A program made the position numbers and the translations under genes. The notes under the pieces were generated by a model. The model had not been told where the DNA came from. It searched no databases and worked only from the letters and a program-made list of their open reading frames with translations. Positions 23,261 through 35,589 of a stretch of DNA of 62,000 nt are shown here, one piece after another (the stretch's first letter is position 1; every line of letters begins with the position of its first letter). The stretch is from the NCBI GenBank assembly GCA_013239625.1, contig MU053365.1:372001-434000 (forward strand), read 5' to 3'. Source of the DNA: Lama guanicoe. Its lineage: Eukaryota.

Positions 23261-26200
23261 AGCAATATGAAGTTAGAAAATAGTTTTAAGAATACCAGGG
23301 GACAAACTTTAATATGCAGTTTCAAAGGAATGAAAAAAACCAAGGTGACAACAAAACCCAAACCCAAATCAAACACAAAAACCCAAAGTGGCTGGCTTCT
23401 GCCTCACCGCAGCCTGAAGTGAGAGGCACTGCGGAGGGTGCCAGTGTGCTACCAGTGAGGCCGGTTGGTGGTGGCTAATGGGCCATTTATGTCTTGAGAA
23501 CCTCAAAATTTGCATTAGGGAGAATGAGCTGGTATTCAAATTTTTCTGGAAGTGATTCAAAGCCACACTGACTTCTCTGCTATCGGTCAGAGCTGTTTCA
23601 ACAAACAGCTAAACAGGTGGGGGAAAAATCATATACAGCCAAGTATTTTTGTCCTGTTTGCCTTTAAAGTCCATTTTTTTTAATGGGAGCAAGGGAAAGA
23701 ATGAAGGTGGGCAAGCGGATGGAACGCCGACTCCCATGAGCCCCGTCTCCACCGGAGCAGAGAATGAACGATTGACAGCACACATGCATAAGGAGCCTGG
23801 GAGGGGGGCCTGATGTCGGGAATCCATAACAAGGTCAAAGCCTTCCAGCAAAGAATCCCATCAGTCACACACCTTAGGTGGAGCAGGGGATGTACTTTGA
23901 CTGGGGAACTGAAATCCAGAGGCTGCCTGCGTGCAGCAGCTCCCCTCCATGTCCACAGAACTGGGCTGGAGAGGAAGCGGAAGCCCAGCAACCCGGCAGG
24001 GGAGCCCCAGCGGCGGGCAGGCCGGCTCGCTGGGACGGGACCGCCCAGGCCGCTGGCCGGCTCAGAGCCGCTCAGCACAAGCCGCTGCCTTCTCGCTTGC
24101 TTGGCATCTTCCTGTTGCCCACCATGCTTAGCGCCGCCCCTCGACTGGGTTTGGAAGTGGGCATCTCTAGACCACATTTCTTCTTTGCTGTCTCTCAACG
24201 CCAATCTCCTTATCAGTGTGGTCTGCTCCCCTTCACGTCTGATTTGTTACCTGATGTATCACAGACACTCGATTTAGAGGGGAAGCTTCTAAGGCCAGAG
24301 GCTTTATCAACCACACACATACCCTGGAGTAATGTTTGGTGTACTGAAGACACCCTGGAGTAAAGCCATGAAGAAGTCTTCTTTATAAATCTCTGGGAGA
24401 ACTGTCCCCACGTGCACCCACTGCCTACTGTCTATGTCCCTGTGTCCCAACAGGAGACTGTCATCACTGGATCAACAAGACAAAAAACTCTTTAAGTGCA
24501 GAGCACTTGACAATGTTCTAGCCTTTTCACTCCCGTGACCTCATTTGATTGCTGCAAGAGCACTGGGCGAGGGTCGGGGGAGCTGGAACAGGTGTCCACC
24601 CCACTTTACCCGTGAAGCCCCAGGACCTCTTTAGCCCTGCGGCTGGGCTCTGGGAGGGTGGGTTTCACCAGGCTGCTGCGACTCTTTCTTGAACAGCAAG
24701 TCTAGCTTGAGGAAAGGAAAACAGTCTAGGATCCACTACAAAATCCACCCTTGTAATCATATCAAAAGGCAAAGGGGGCACAGAATTCATCCCAAATGCT
24801 TTCTTCAAGTGACCTGATGAGATAGGCTGCAAGAATTCAGCACTTGAAACACTGAAGGCCATCCCCCCTTTATGCTAAGAAAACCTTGCTGCATTTGACT
24901 CATTCAACCGACAAATCTGAGACTAGAGAAAAAGTCTTCCAGTTTCCAGCTGAAAAGGTTTCCAGTTTCCAACTCTTTCCACATAGAGTAATAGTTTGTC
25001 AAGATTCAATATGGGAAATTTAAATGCCCTTTGTGTTTCACATCATTGTGGTTTTTCAAAAATGACATGTGTCTTTAACTGGATAATAAACACAGTACAG
25101 AATTCAAAAGATGCAGAAAGGGATGCAATGAACAGTACATCTTCTGCCCCTCTGCTGTCATACCACCCAGCTTTCTGGTTTTCCACTATTACCAATTTCT
25201 TAGGATTCTTCCAATGATATTACACATATTTATTATGTGACATATCATATGTGAATATTGATATGTGTGCTTTTCAAGGAAGGTTTTTTTAAATGATGAA
25301 AATAATACCTAAGACATAATATTCCTGTGTTAACACCCCCTTACTCTCCTTGGCCTTTCTCCCTGTTAGACTAGAAGTTTGACTTATTTTGTACTCGGTT
25401 CTGGTGACCATATACAGTATGACATCTCTCGGGATGACTTCCTTGCAGAGAGATGCAGCCATTTCTACAGGATTGGCAGACATCTCTCTATACTGCCCCT
25501 CAACCTTACCGTGAGTCTCTATTTCTCTCTCTTCCCAGCCTTCCTGCGCCCACACTGCCCCTGTGCCTTTGCTTACCCTGTTGGTTCTGTCCAGCATGAC
25601 ACTTTTTCTTTTTCTTTTTCTTCTGCTTCCTTCAATCTTTATCTTTTAAGCTCAGATTCAAATAACATGAGGTCTTCTTCATGACTTGAGTTCTCATATA
25701 CTTCCCTGTCCTGACTTCTTTTCCCTAACTTCATCACGGTTTATCACATAATTATTCCTGAATTATGACACTGTGCTAACATTTTGCCTGCTCAACTAAA
25801 CTGTACATTCCTTGATGGCGGGGGCCAGATTGTCCCATCATTTTGTGTCACCTGGGTGACTTGTATGATAAGTTGTATCTAATTTTACTGTTATGAAAAA
25901 ACACTCCAAATGGCCTCATGATGAACAGAAAATCAGCACAAACAAGACCACCTGGTAAAGAACAATACCTAACGATGACATGTCAATGTATCGCAGAGTC
26001 TCAACAGAAGTCAGTACTCAGACCAGCCTACCCAACACCGACACATCCTGAGTCGTACTTTAATGTAGTGAAAATAATTAAGCACATAGGTTGCCTGATG
26101 ACAGATTTGTAACCTTTCAACTGGTTGTATGGAGGTTGGTCCATCACAGTGCCCGAGTCTTTCTTCAGCTTCAGTTCCACTGACAAAATGCAATGGATTT

Positions 26201-28117
26201 GGATGGACGTTTTTAATGTAATTGGTATTTTGAGCAACAGCTGTCACTGGGTCGCAGAGTACACGTACACGCACGAACCTAAGAAATAGATGGTGTGGCT
26301 CTTACTACAAATGAGTGCTGTATATACACAGACCTTCCCCCTTTTTAATTAAAACGACGATTCCATTATTCCAATTTGTGTGAAACGTGAGCTATGCTCA
26401 TCATAGCATTTTGATACATTAACCAGCCCAGTGTACATTGTGCCTGATATTAACTCCCTTTCTAGTTGATGATTTTTCTAGTGGCATAATTAATTTCCTC
26501 ATGGAAGAAAAAATATTCAATCAATTTAGGATTAAATTTGAGGTTGAGGGACTTGTGCAAAAGACAGAACTAAATCTCCTAGCCCACATGCATTGCTAAT
26601 TACGATGCATTTACATTAAGAACAAGAAGGTGTTCCCTTCCCATGATAAATGGGCCTGAAAATCCTCCCCAGCATTCACAATAAATCACAAAGACCATTA
26701 ATAAACAGGCACAGGGAAAAAAAGACAGTTTCTACAAAAATTCACTCCCATTCTTTGCCTAAGACGATCAATGTCATATTTAAAGCTGACATCTTAAATC
26801 TTCTATAGAGAAGCCCTCTAAGTCAAAAAGCCCAGATATTTTAAACAGAATTTCCTATGCCTGTTATTTTGAATGACAGCAAAGGAAATACTGGATCTTT
26901 AATCCTGTAATACTATCTGCCTGAGAATCTTGCCTTCCAGCTAACATCTCCCTTCTCATCAAGGCTAAATTAAAGGAAGTCAAGTGCAAATGAGAGAAGA
27001 AGAGGGGACCACATTTTCTTCATACTTGGGGAGCGCCTTTGATCTTGAGCCCAACACGCTTCTGACATCAAGAGGAAAAGTCCGATCGTGGCCACCAGTA
27101 ATAAGATAGCGAAGTCCAGGCAGCCTTATTCAGCACTGACTCCTGTATGTGGAACAGCAGGGCTTACCCTTGAATCCGTATCAACAGCAACAAGAATGCC
27201 AATCCCCGTATTACAGACGAACACAGAACCACTTAAAAACTGACCCAGAAAGAAGTGGAAACAACCTTAGGCATTTCTCTAAGAACTTGCAGGATCTGTG
27301 ATCATGGCAAACAGGCTAGTAATACCAAGGTCATGGTGTTTGGTTTTGTCATTAAGAGGAATCTGTCACGTGGAGGGATTTGTCATGCAGAGGATTCTGG
27401 GAAATTTGGCAATTCCAAAGAAGGCAGAATTTAGAATAAAAAGGATTAAACAAACAGACAATTAAAAATACCTTCTAAAGTTAAACAAATTACACTTGTG
27501 GTCTTCTGAAAACTTGGAAATCTTCCTATCCTGAGAGGGTGTCAACAGCAAGTCACAATGATGCAGGGTCCCCACCAGCTAAGCTCAAACAAACGTACAT
27601 CTTAGGAATTATAGTGGGAAAGGCATTCACAGCTTGGAGGAAGGGCAGGGATTTGAAATGTTCAAAACAAGAAAAATACAGTCACATGAATTGCATGAAA
27701 CATGTACTTCTAGTGAGATACATGTTTTCTAGCCTGATGGCGTCAATGTCTCAAATTCCAGAGCAGTTCCCACGGCTGTAGTGTCATAATGACAAGACCC
27801 AGGTACATTACTCTGCCAATTGGAAACTTGGGCAAAAAATGGTAGGGAAGCATTTTCCAGAAAGCTTATATGCTAAAATGTTCCCTTTGACTACAATTAT
27901 ACTCCAATACATATTTTAGACAACTACGCCTAAATTCAAGGTATTTGAATGAGAGGCAATGAGTGTGTGCCCTTGTGTGAGTGTGTGTACGTGCCTGTAC
28001 TTGTGAGTGTATGTGTGCATGTGCATGTGAGTGAGTGTATGCATCTATTGGCTAAAACCCAAGATGGCTATTACCAAGAGAAGTAAAATAATCTCAGCAT
28101 CAATTAAGATGGTTGCC

Positions 28118-28159
28118 CCTAAATGTCCATCAACAGATGACTGGATAAAGAAGTTGTGG

Positions 28160-28196
<37 letters not shown>

Positions 28197-28652
28197 TGGG
28201 ATACTACTCAGCCATAAAAAATTATGAAATAATGCCATTTGCAGCAACATGGATGGACCTAGAGATTATCAAACTAAGTGAAGTCAGACAGAGAAAGACA
28301 AATATATGGTATCACAAGTAGAATCTAAAGAAATGGCACAAATGAACTATTTACAAAACAGAAATAGAATCAGAGACATAGAAGGCAAATTTACGGTTAC
28401 CAGGGGGGAAAGGAGGGGGTGGAGGGATAAATTGGGAGTTTGGGATTAGAAGATACACACTATTATACATAAAATAGATAAACAACAAGGTCCTACTGTA
28501 CAGCACAGGGAAGTACATTCAATACCTTGTAATAGCCTATAATGAAACAGAACATGAAAAAAGAATACATATGTATAACTGAATCACTATGCTATATACC
28601 AGAAACCAATACATCATTGTGAATTAACTATACTTCATTAAAAAAGTAAATA
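28118..28652 (+). mobile_element. 5'-truncated lineage-specific L1 3' end with TSD and internal (CA)n
   Basis: cctaaatgtccatcaacagatgactggataaagaag...tactgtacagcacaggg...ctatacttcattaaaaaa. TSD aagatggttgcc (28106-28117) and aagatggctgcc (28653-28664). Confidence 0.9.
28167..28195. repeat. (CA)n microsatellite inside L1
   Basis: Perfect run of about 14 AC units. Confidence 0.9.
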
Positions 28653-28900
28653 AAGATGGCTGCCTAAGAAGTAAAACAATATTGAGAGAAGCACTAGCCT
28701 TCAAGTGAGATGCATAATATTAATTTTAAATTTAAAAAATAATGTTGCTATTAGCTGGCTAAGAATAGGAATGTTGAATTCTGTAGTACACATTGGGCAT
28801 CAGTCATTTAATGAAGAAGATATTGTTGCTGATCCATGCTTATATTAACCCTCATTTGGACACTAGCCACATTTTGATCACATACACAAATGTACATTCA

Positions 28901-28994
28901 ATGAAAAGGAATATATATGTATATGCATGACTGGGGCATTATGCTGTACACTAGAAATTGACATGTTGTAACTGACTATACTTCAATAAAAAAA
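28901..28994 (+). mobile_element. Very short 5'-truncated L1 3' end with TSD
   Basis: atgaaaaggaatatatatg...gctgtacactagaaattgac...gactatacttcaataaaaaaa. TSD gtacattca (28892-28900 and 28995-29003). Confidence 0.8.
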
Positions 28995-29216
28995 GTACAT
29001 TCACATGTATGAGAGTCAAACATTTACTCAAGTTCTCCTCATATACGCAAAAATTAGCTGTACAGATAAGAATGTATAAAGGCAAAAAGTCTAAAAGAAC
29101 TGAAACGGTGGTTATTTTTCTGTCTGTCGATCATGACTCATCAAATATTCAAAGTAAATGTCAACTCTCTTTTAATTAGCCATGAAACTCATGAAAAGCG
29201 ATATGCTTCCAATATA

Positions 29217-29785
29217 TGGATACAACTGAAGTGTTCATTGACAGATGAATAGTTGAAGAGAATGTGGTCTATCCATCTATCTATCTATAATGGGAAAGGA
29301 ATATTACTCAGCCTTAAAAAAGAAATCCTGCCATTTGTAACAACATGGACGGACCTGGAGGATATTACACCAAGTGAAATAAACCTGACGTAGGAAAAAT
29401 ACACATGTGGAATCTAAAGAAAAAGTCCAACTCACTGTAACAGAGAGGAGAATGATAGTTTCCAGGGGCTGGGAGGTGGTGGAAAAGGGAAGATATTGGT
29501 CAAAAGGTGTAAACCTTCCATTATATGATGAAGAAATTCTGGAGATCTAATGTATAGCACAGTGACTCCAGTTAATAACACCATATTGGATACTTGGAAT
29601 TTGCTAAGAGAGAAGATCTCAATCATTTTCACCACACAGAAAAAGGGTAATTATATGAGGTGACGGATGTGTTTGTTAGCTTGATTGTGCTATCATTTCA
29701 CAATGTATGTGTATATCAAAACATCACATTGTGTGCCTTAAATAGAGACACTTTTTATTAATCATAGCTCAGTAAAGTTGGGGGA
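29217..29785 (+). mobile_element. L1MA9-type 3' end
   Basis: aaagaaatcctgccatttgtaacaacatggacggacctggagg...ttgctaagagagaagatctc...atatcaaaacatcacattg...ctcagtaaagttgggg. Confidence 0.8.
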
Positions 29786-32574
29786 TGAACTGATAGGTTT
29801 CCAGGTGGTCGTAGGACAATGATAAATTCCTGGTGGTTTACGTAGAACTGTTCTATTCTTCTAGCAGTGTAAATGATCTAGTGCAGATCTAGTTTTGATG
29901 ATCTCTTTGATATTTTCAGTACTTTTTCAAAAATAATGTCAAACAAAATAACAAAGCATAGAATTACTGTTCCTTCCTTTTCTTTCCCCTCTTCCTCCTC
30001 CTCTGTCTCTTTCTGGCATCTTACTTGTAAAAGTCTCAATATTCAACATAATACTGTACATTTTCCATGATCCTTTATTTCTGAATTGTATTAGAAAAGG
30101 ACCTGACAAAGTTCCCTTATAGAAATGTTTCCAGTATACGTTTTTTTTATTTGAGTCATTATAATGGAAGAATTTTTTCCAAATATCTAGTATGCTTATA
30201 ACAGGATAATGCTATGCAAAAAAACCCCATACAAGTCAAATATTTAAGTTTTTAATATTTAAATTTAAAATAGTTCTTAGTTAACTCCAATCTAGAATGA
30301 GCAGGGAGAAAGAAACTAACCTCCTATAATTTACATGTTACTCATGTTGCAAGAGAACAGCAAGGAAGGACGTGATATCCACGGAAACATAAAGAGATCT
30401 TTATCAGCGCTTCCCTTGCCGTGCTCTTTCTTTAGAGATGGCATCTTTGGGAGCCTGTCTTGTGTTAATTGTGTCTCCAAATTGTACATGGATCTTCAAG
30501 AGGAGACCAAAGCAACTTTTTGCTCGGTGATCTTACTTTCCTTTAAGACAATGGTTTATACACTGCGGTTTATTCATTTGTTGGTCTGATGGTTTTTACG
30601 ATTTGTGATTCAACATAGGTTCCTTTCGAGTATCGTGTTTTATAAAGATATGGAGAATGTAATATAAGTCTGATACAATTATGGTTATGTGCCACGCAAG
30701 ACAATACTGTAAATATGAGGAGAGTCTGCAAAGCTGCTTAGCAAAATGATCTTAATATACAAGGCAGTGTGAAAATGTAAGAGGAATCCATAATGACAAC
30801 GAAGATTAGCCATTTGCTCTCTAACCTTATTTACAGAAGCAATCAGAGGTATTCAGGTCGAGTTAATGACCCTGTCTCCAATTAATTCAATTGTCTACAA
30901 ACAACACTGGTGCAGTGGCTGTCTCAAAGTCTGCCACACAGTCTCAGTGGGAATACATAAGACTCCATTAAAAGTAACAATAATAATGCATTTATTACTG
31001 AGACACTATTGTATTATAAATAAATTCCTCATGTTAAATTATGCTCCATGCTTTAACAGAAATTCAATTACTGAAATAATAAAAAGATGGTGTATTTGCC
31101 AAGCGCTTGGACTATAATTTGGCTGCTTAGTTACCAGTGGTTGGCTGTTTTGCAATTTTTTCCTTCATAGACTATTTCTTTTGAATAAATGCCAGACTTT
31201 TTCATACAAATTTGATGAACAAGTTGCAAAATGAAATTTTGAGCTTTTGAATCCAATTATGAAAGACGTAACGAAATCTGTTATTGAAAAAAAAATTCTA
31301 GCAAGCCCTTTCTGCCGTTGTTTGGAACGGTCTGGTAATTGAGGTAAGCACAGGTGCTGCTCATTATGGGCCATTGTGCGCCATCTGAATTCTGGGAACT
31401 GTGGGATTCAGATGGTTTAAACTCCGTTTGTGTGAATAACAAACAGGCCTGATTCTGCACTTGTTTGTACAAGCTTGTACACAGCTCATTTGGGACTTCG
31501 AAGACACCTGCTTACCCTTTTGAAGCCAAAACAGTATCATTTAGGTTCTGGCTATCCTTTCGATGACAATTTTGCAAAAGCAACAGATTTTCGGCTCTCC
31601 CCTTCATCCTCACCATCTCCTCCATCGCGCAGTAACTTCAAAACATCCTTATCCTCAGCGATAGAAAAATGAGTTGAGTCAAGCCGTGGCAATTATCCAA
31701 TGACAAGAGAAGACAGAGCTGTGCAACACAGGCAGAGGGACCAAGTGGCAGCTCTCCTCGTGGAAGTGCTTTGACAAACCAACTGTCCAAGGTGGATGGG
31801 GGAATATGGTTTATTTGCATGTAGGACCAGGAGGTTTTTTTCCTCCTTTTCCTTTCTTTTGCCCTTCTTCTGTGTTCTGATGTTTATCTTTCTAATATCC
31901 AGGAGTCTCCTTGTCTTTTTCCTCATTTTTATTGGGATGTAAGTGACATAGAACATTGTGTGAGTTTGGCATTTTCTCTTGTTTTCCTGAGGTCTTACCC
32001 GGGTAAAGATAACACCTAGAAAATCTGTAGTAACGAAGCTGTAGTTCTGTTCCGTAACAGAAAACCGATCTAGATTGCCCTTCTGTCCAGCTCCCACTCC
32101 ACTCAGTGACTACCCATGAAAGGCGACATTCCAAAATCCCACATTTGAATGTTTTCCATTGGGTGAAAGACATAAACTTCAAGATCTCAGGAAACCCCAA
32201 ATAGGGCCTGCTCATCCAGAGTGTTGCAGGCCTGAAGGAGAGTGAACAGAAAGTTCCAGAACGTTTCCTGTGACCCCAGGCTTGTATCAGCATCCTGAAC
32301 ATGGTCCCTTTCCCATGGCTGCCTTAGGAAGGTGGGGGAGGGGGGAAGTAGGGGTAGGAGGGGACCAGCACAGCAGAAGTACAAATTCAAAAATCTTAAT
32401 TCATTGTAGACTCTTCTCACTTATGTTGTAATTCCAGTGTTCTGAACATTAATAAATACACATTTGTTTAAAAAAATTCCCTGTTGTTGAATCCTTATGC
32501 TGGGAGTTTGATTTCATATAAATGCAAGAAATAGTTGAAGATGTAGGGAATGAAAAATAAAATCAAGGGAAGAA

Positions 32575-32714
32575 GATACACACTATATAAAAAATAGATA
32601 AACAGCAAAGTCCTACTGTACAGCACAGGGAACTATATTCAATACCTTGTAATAGCCTATAATGAAAAAGAAAACAACATTGTAAACTGACTATACTTCA
32701 ATAAAAAGGCCAAA
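32575..32714 (+). mobile_element. Short, internally deleted L1 3' end with perfect 16-bp TSD
   Basis: Nearly identical to part of the 28118 copy. TSD aaaatcaagggaagaa at 32559-32574 and 32715-32730. Confidence 0.88.
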
Positions 32715-34518
32715 AAAATCAAGGGAAGAAATTACAGATGCAAGGTTTTAGACCTTGAAATTCTACTAGGAGACATCCCGATTCAGCCAGTGTCTACAGA
32801 ATCTGGAATATAATTCTTCCACTTTAGAAAACTCAGAGTCCAAGGTCCTAGAGAAGTCTAATGGTGAAACAGAGTAGTCAACCCACGTCCATTTGCAAAG
32901 GCATAACGGGATATTCCCCAGGGCACTGCTAACTTGACACTTTGTTACACTTCTATTTACCTTGTCCATCAGGCAAAGTTACGGTCATGACAATGCTTAA
33001 TAAAGCCAATCAAAGTAGTGATCAGCCAAAGTAAGTTCCTGCATGTCAGATATTAAATATGATTAATGTGGTATGACAATGCGCCACAGAAGGCTCATTG
33101 GAACTGTACCTTTTCCCTGATTATTATCACAGAAAGTGCAAGAGAAAACTCTGCAGGAATATAAATAATTTGGAGACCCTCATAGACAATATTCTACTGT
33201 GTGTCTCATTTGCACTTAAAAAAAGCTGCCCTACAGACCTTATGTACTTTTAAGATTTATCTGAAAGATACATGAAGAAGACTTCCAGCCAAAAAAAAAA
33301 ATGTACATATTTAATGGAATTAGATCTCTAGGCAAGAAAATGTCAAAAGAAAAGGCGAAATATTAAAGCGAATGCGAGGTGTTCCTTTCCACAGCTTTCC
33401 CGCTTTGATAAATATCTTCTGGGATGTCATTTACTAGAAAGTCATGATTTTACAAAACGGGGGGAAAAACCTGGAGTATAAAATATACTCTCTTTATTGC
33501 TGAAGTAAGTTGCTATTTTCACATTTCTCTCTGAAATCTGCTTTTGTCAGCCAGAGGCCTTGATATTTGCCTTTATATCTGCCTTTTTATCATTCGTATT
33601 GAAAACATGGCAATTATTGTGAAACACTCAAATTGCAGGCAAGCTTCTGATTACATGGCAGAGACAGAGCTGGGACCCGCACTTACTCGAAGTCCTCCTT
33701 TCCCTTCCAGCCTCTAGGGGGAGGCGAATTCACCTGCAACTGAAGATCACAGAGTTGTGTAGGGGGCAGGGGTGGGGAGGTCTGTTGAGACAGTTGCAGG
33801 AAGGTTAGGAAGAGATGACAGGTACTTATCCCCGAGAGCAGAGAGCGGAGATCACCAACAGCCTCACCCCTGAAAATGAGCTATTGAGACAGAGGAGAAT
33901 GGCAGTAATATGAAATTTGGGCTTAGAATTGTATAAAAATGAACAGAGTCCTAATATACATATAGTTTCAAATGACGGGAAAAAAAAGAAACTCATCATT
34001 AGCCTATCAACGATCTGCAGCTTATAAAGAGAAAGTCTCATATAAATCTAATCTCAGAATAGGTGAGGTTCCTCTCTCCCCTGGGTTTGGTGCCTGAGTG
34101 CAAGACCTAAACAGGTTATTAGGATCTGATGCACACACCTTTTTTTGTCCAACATTCTTTTACCATCACAATCTCCTTTTGCCACTGTGAACCCCCACAT
34201 GATATGTAATAATGATAATACTAATATTTAATTTTATTGAGTTCTTAATGTGTGCCATGACTTGTCCAAAGTCTCACAGCCAGTAAGTGGCTAGGAAGAA
34301 ACAGTCCCATGGTTTGGTTGTTTTCTGTTTGTTTGTTTGTTTGGCTGGAACACAGCTTGAAAAGTTTGCTCTATTTTAGCTAATCTCCCATCTGTAGATG
34401 TACTTTCAGACAGAACTATTGGAGAATAAGTACTAAAATCTTTAAACGTGTGCTTTCATAAGATTATCTGTAGCCTTCTCTAATGACAAGTGAAAAGACA
34501 TAATGTTTACTAAGAGCA

Positions 34519-34586
34519 ATGATGGTGAAGGTGATGGTGATGGTGATGGTTATGATGGTGATGTTGGAGAAGACGGTGATGATGGC
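34519..34586. repeat. Imperfect (GATGGT)n simple repeat at a MIR tail
   Basis: atgatggtgaaggtgatggtgatggtgatggttatgatggtgatg. Confidence 0.8.
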
Positions 34587-34589
34587 CAC

Positions 34590-34800
34590 TATTTATTAGC
34601 TCATCCTGTGTGTCAGGTCCCATGCCAACATGAAATGTCCCTAAATCCTCACCATAGTGCTGTGGTGTTCATAACTGCTATTATCCTTGTCTTATAGGTG
34701 AGAAAACTGAGGCTTAGAGAAGTGACGCAACTTGCTTCGAGATTTGAATGAGGGTCTTTCTGATTCCAAAGTCTGTAATCTTTTGCTGTTACACTATACT
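34590..34800 (-). mobile_element. MIR SINE
   Basis: ttataggtgagaaaactgaggcttagagaagtgacgcaacttgc...gatttgaa...tctttctgattccaaag. Confidence 0.7.
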
Positions 34801-35289
34801 GAAGTGACTTGGGATGAATTCCAACGTGTAATTTAAGTAAAATGTCCACCACTGAGGTTTCTGGTTTTGTCAATACCCAGTTTTAAGAGGCAAATGGCCT
34901 TCTAATAACAATTTCATAATAACAGAGCAGAATCATAGTACCACAGAATCATACAGCTGTACAGGATCTTGGGAATCTGCAATCCATCTCTGAATTGTCA
35001 GTAGAGGAACTGAGACCAATCAGAAGTATGTTCAGCAAACTGAAGGTCGTATTAGTGAGTCAATCAAAGTCCTAAATCCCTATGTTGGTAAGATCGGGGG
35101 GCCATTTTGTTTTGGAGCTGATGAATGCAGAAAACCCAGAGGGAAAGTATTTTATTTAAAACAACCAGTTATTTTATTTTGAAAGCTGGTTAGTTATCAG
35201 CCACAAACCAGGCATTTGACTGACTCAATGGCATAAAAACATGACAGTGACAACATGGTGTGTGTAACTATATGTGTGTATGTGCTTAA

Positions 35290-35395
35290 AGCAGAGAATC
35301 TGATTCCATAGGTTCGGGGGTCACCTTATATCTAGATTTCTTAACAGTCTTCATAGGTGACTCTGCTGTACGTCCACATGTGAGAGCCACTGACT
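35290..35395. mobile_element. MER5-family MITE fragment
   Basis: cagagaatctgattccatagg...ttaacagtcttcataggtgactctg...tgagagccactg. Confidence 0.5.
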
Positions 35396-35589
35396 TGAGA
35401 GAAAAATGTCCTTATTTCTTTCGGACATCTCCCCTTCAATGTTGGCGTTAGAAAGATAGTAAGGAACTAACATTCTCCCAGTCCATGTATTAGAAAAATT
35501 ATTCAGATATTTCCATATGGTCCATTGTTATCATGCTGTCAATAATGATTATTAAGAATTATAAAGTTAATAGCAATAGCATTTTTTCC

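Noticed and set aside
23680..24363. Several overlapping 150-170-aa ORFs on both strands
   Set aside because: Explained by stop-codon scarcity in a GC-rich patch. No homology recognised.
31466..31481. Perfect 16-bp palindrome tgtacaagcttgtaca
   Set aside because: About one such palindrome is expected by chance in 62 kb (4^-8 per position).
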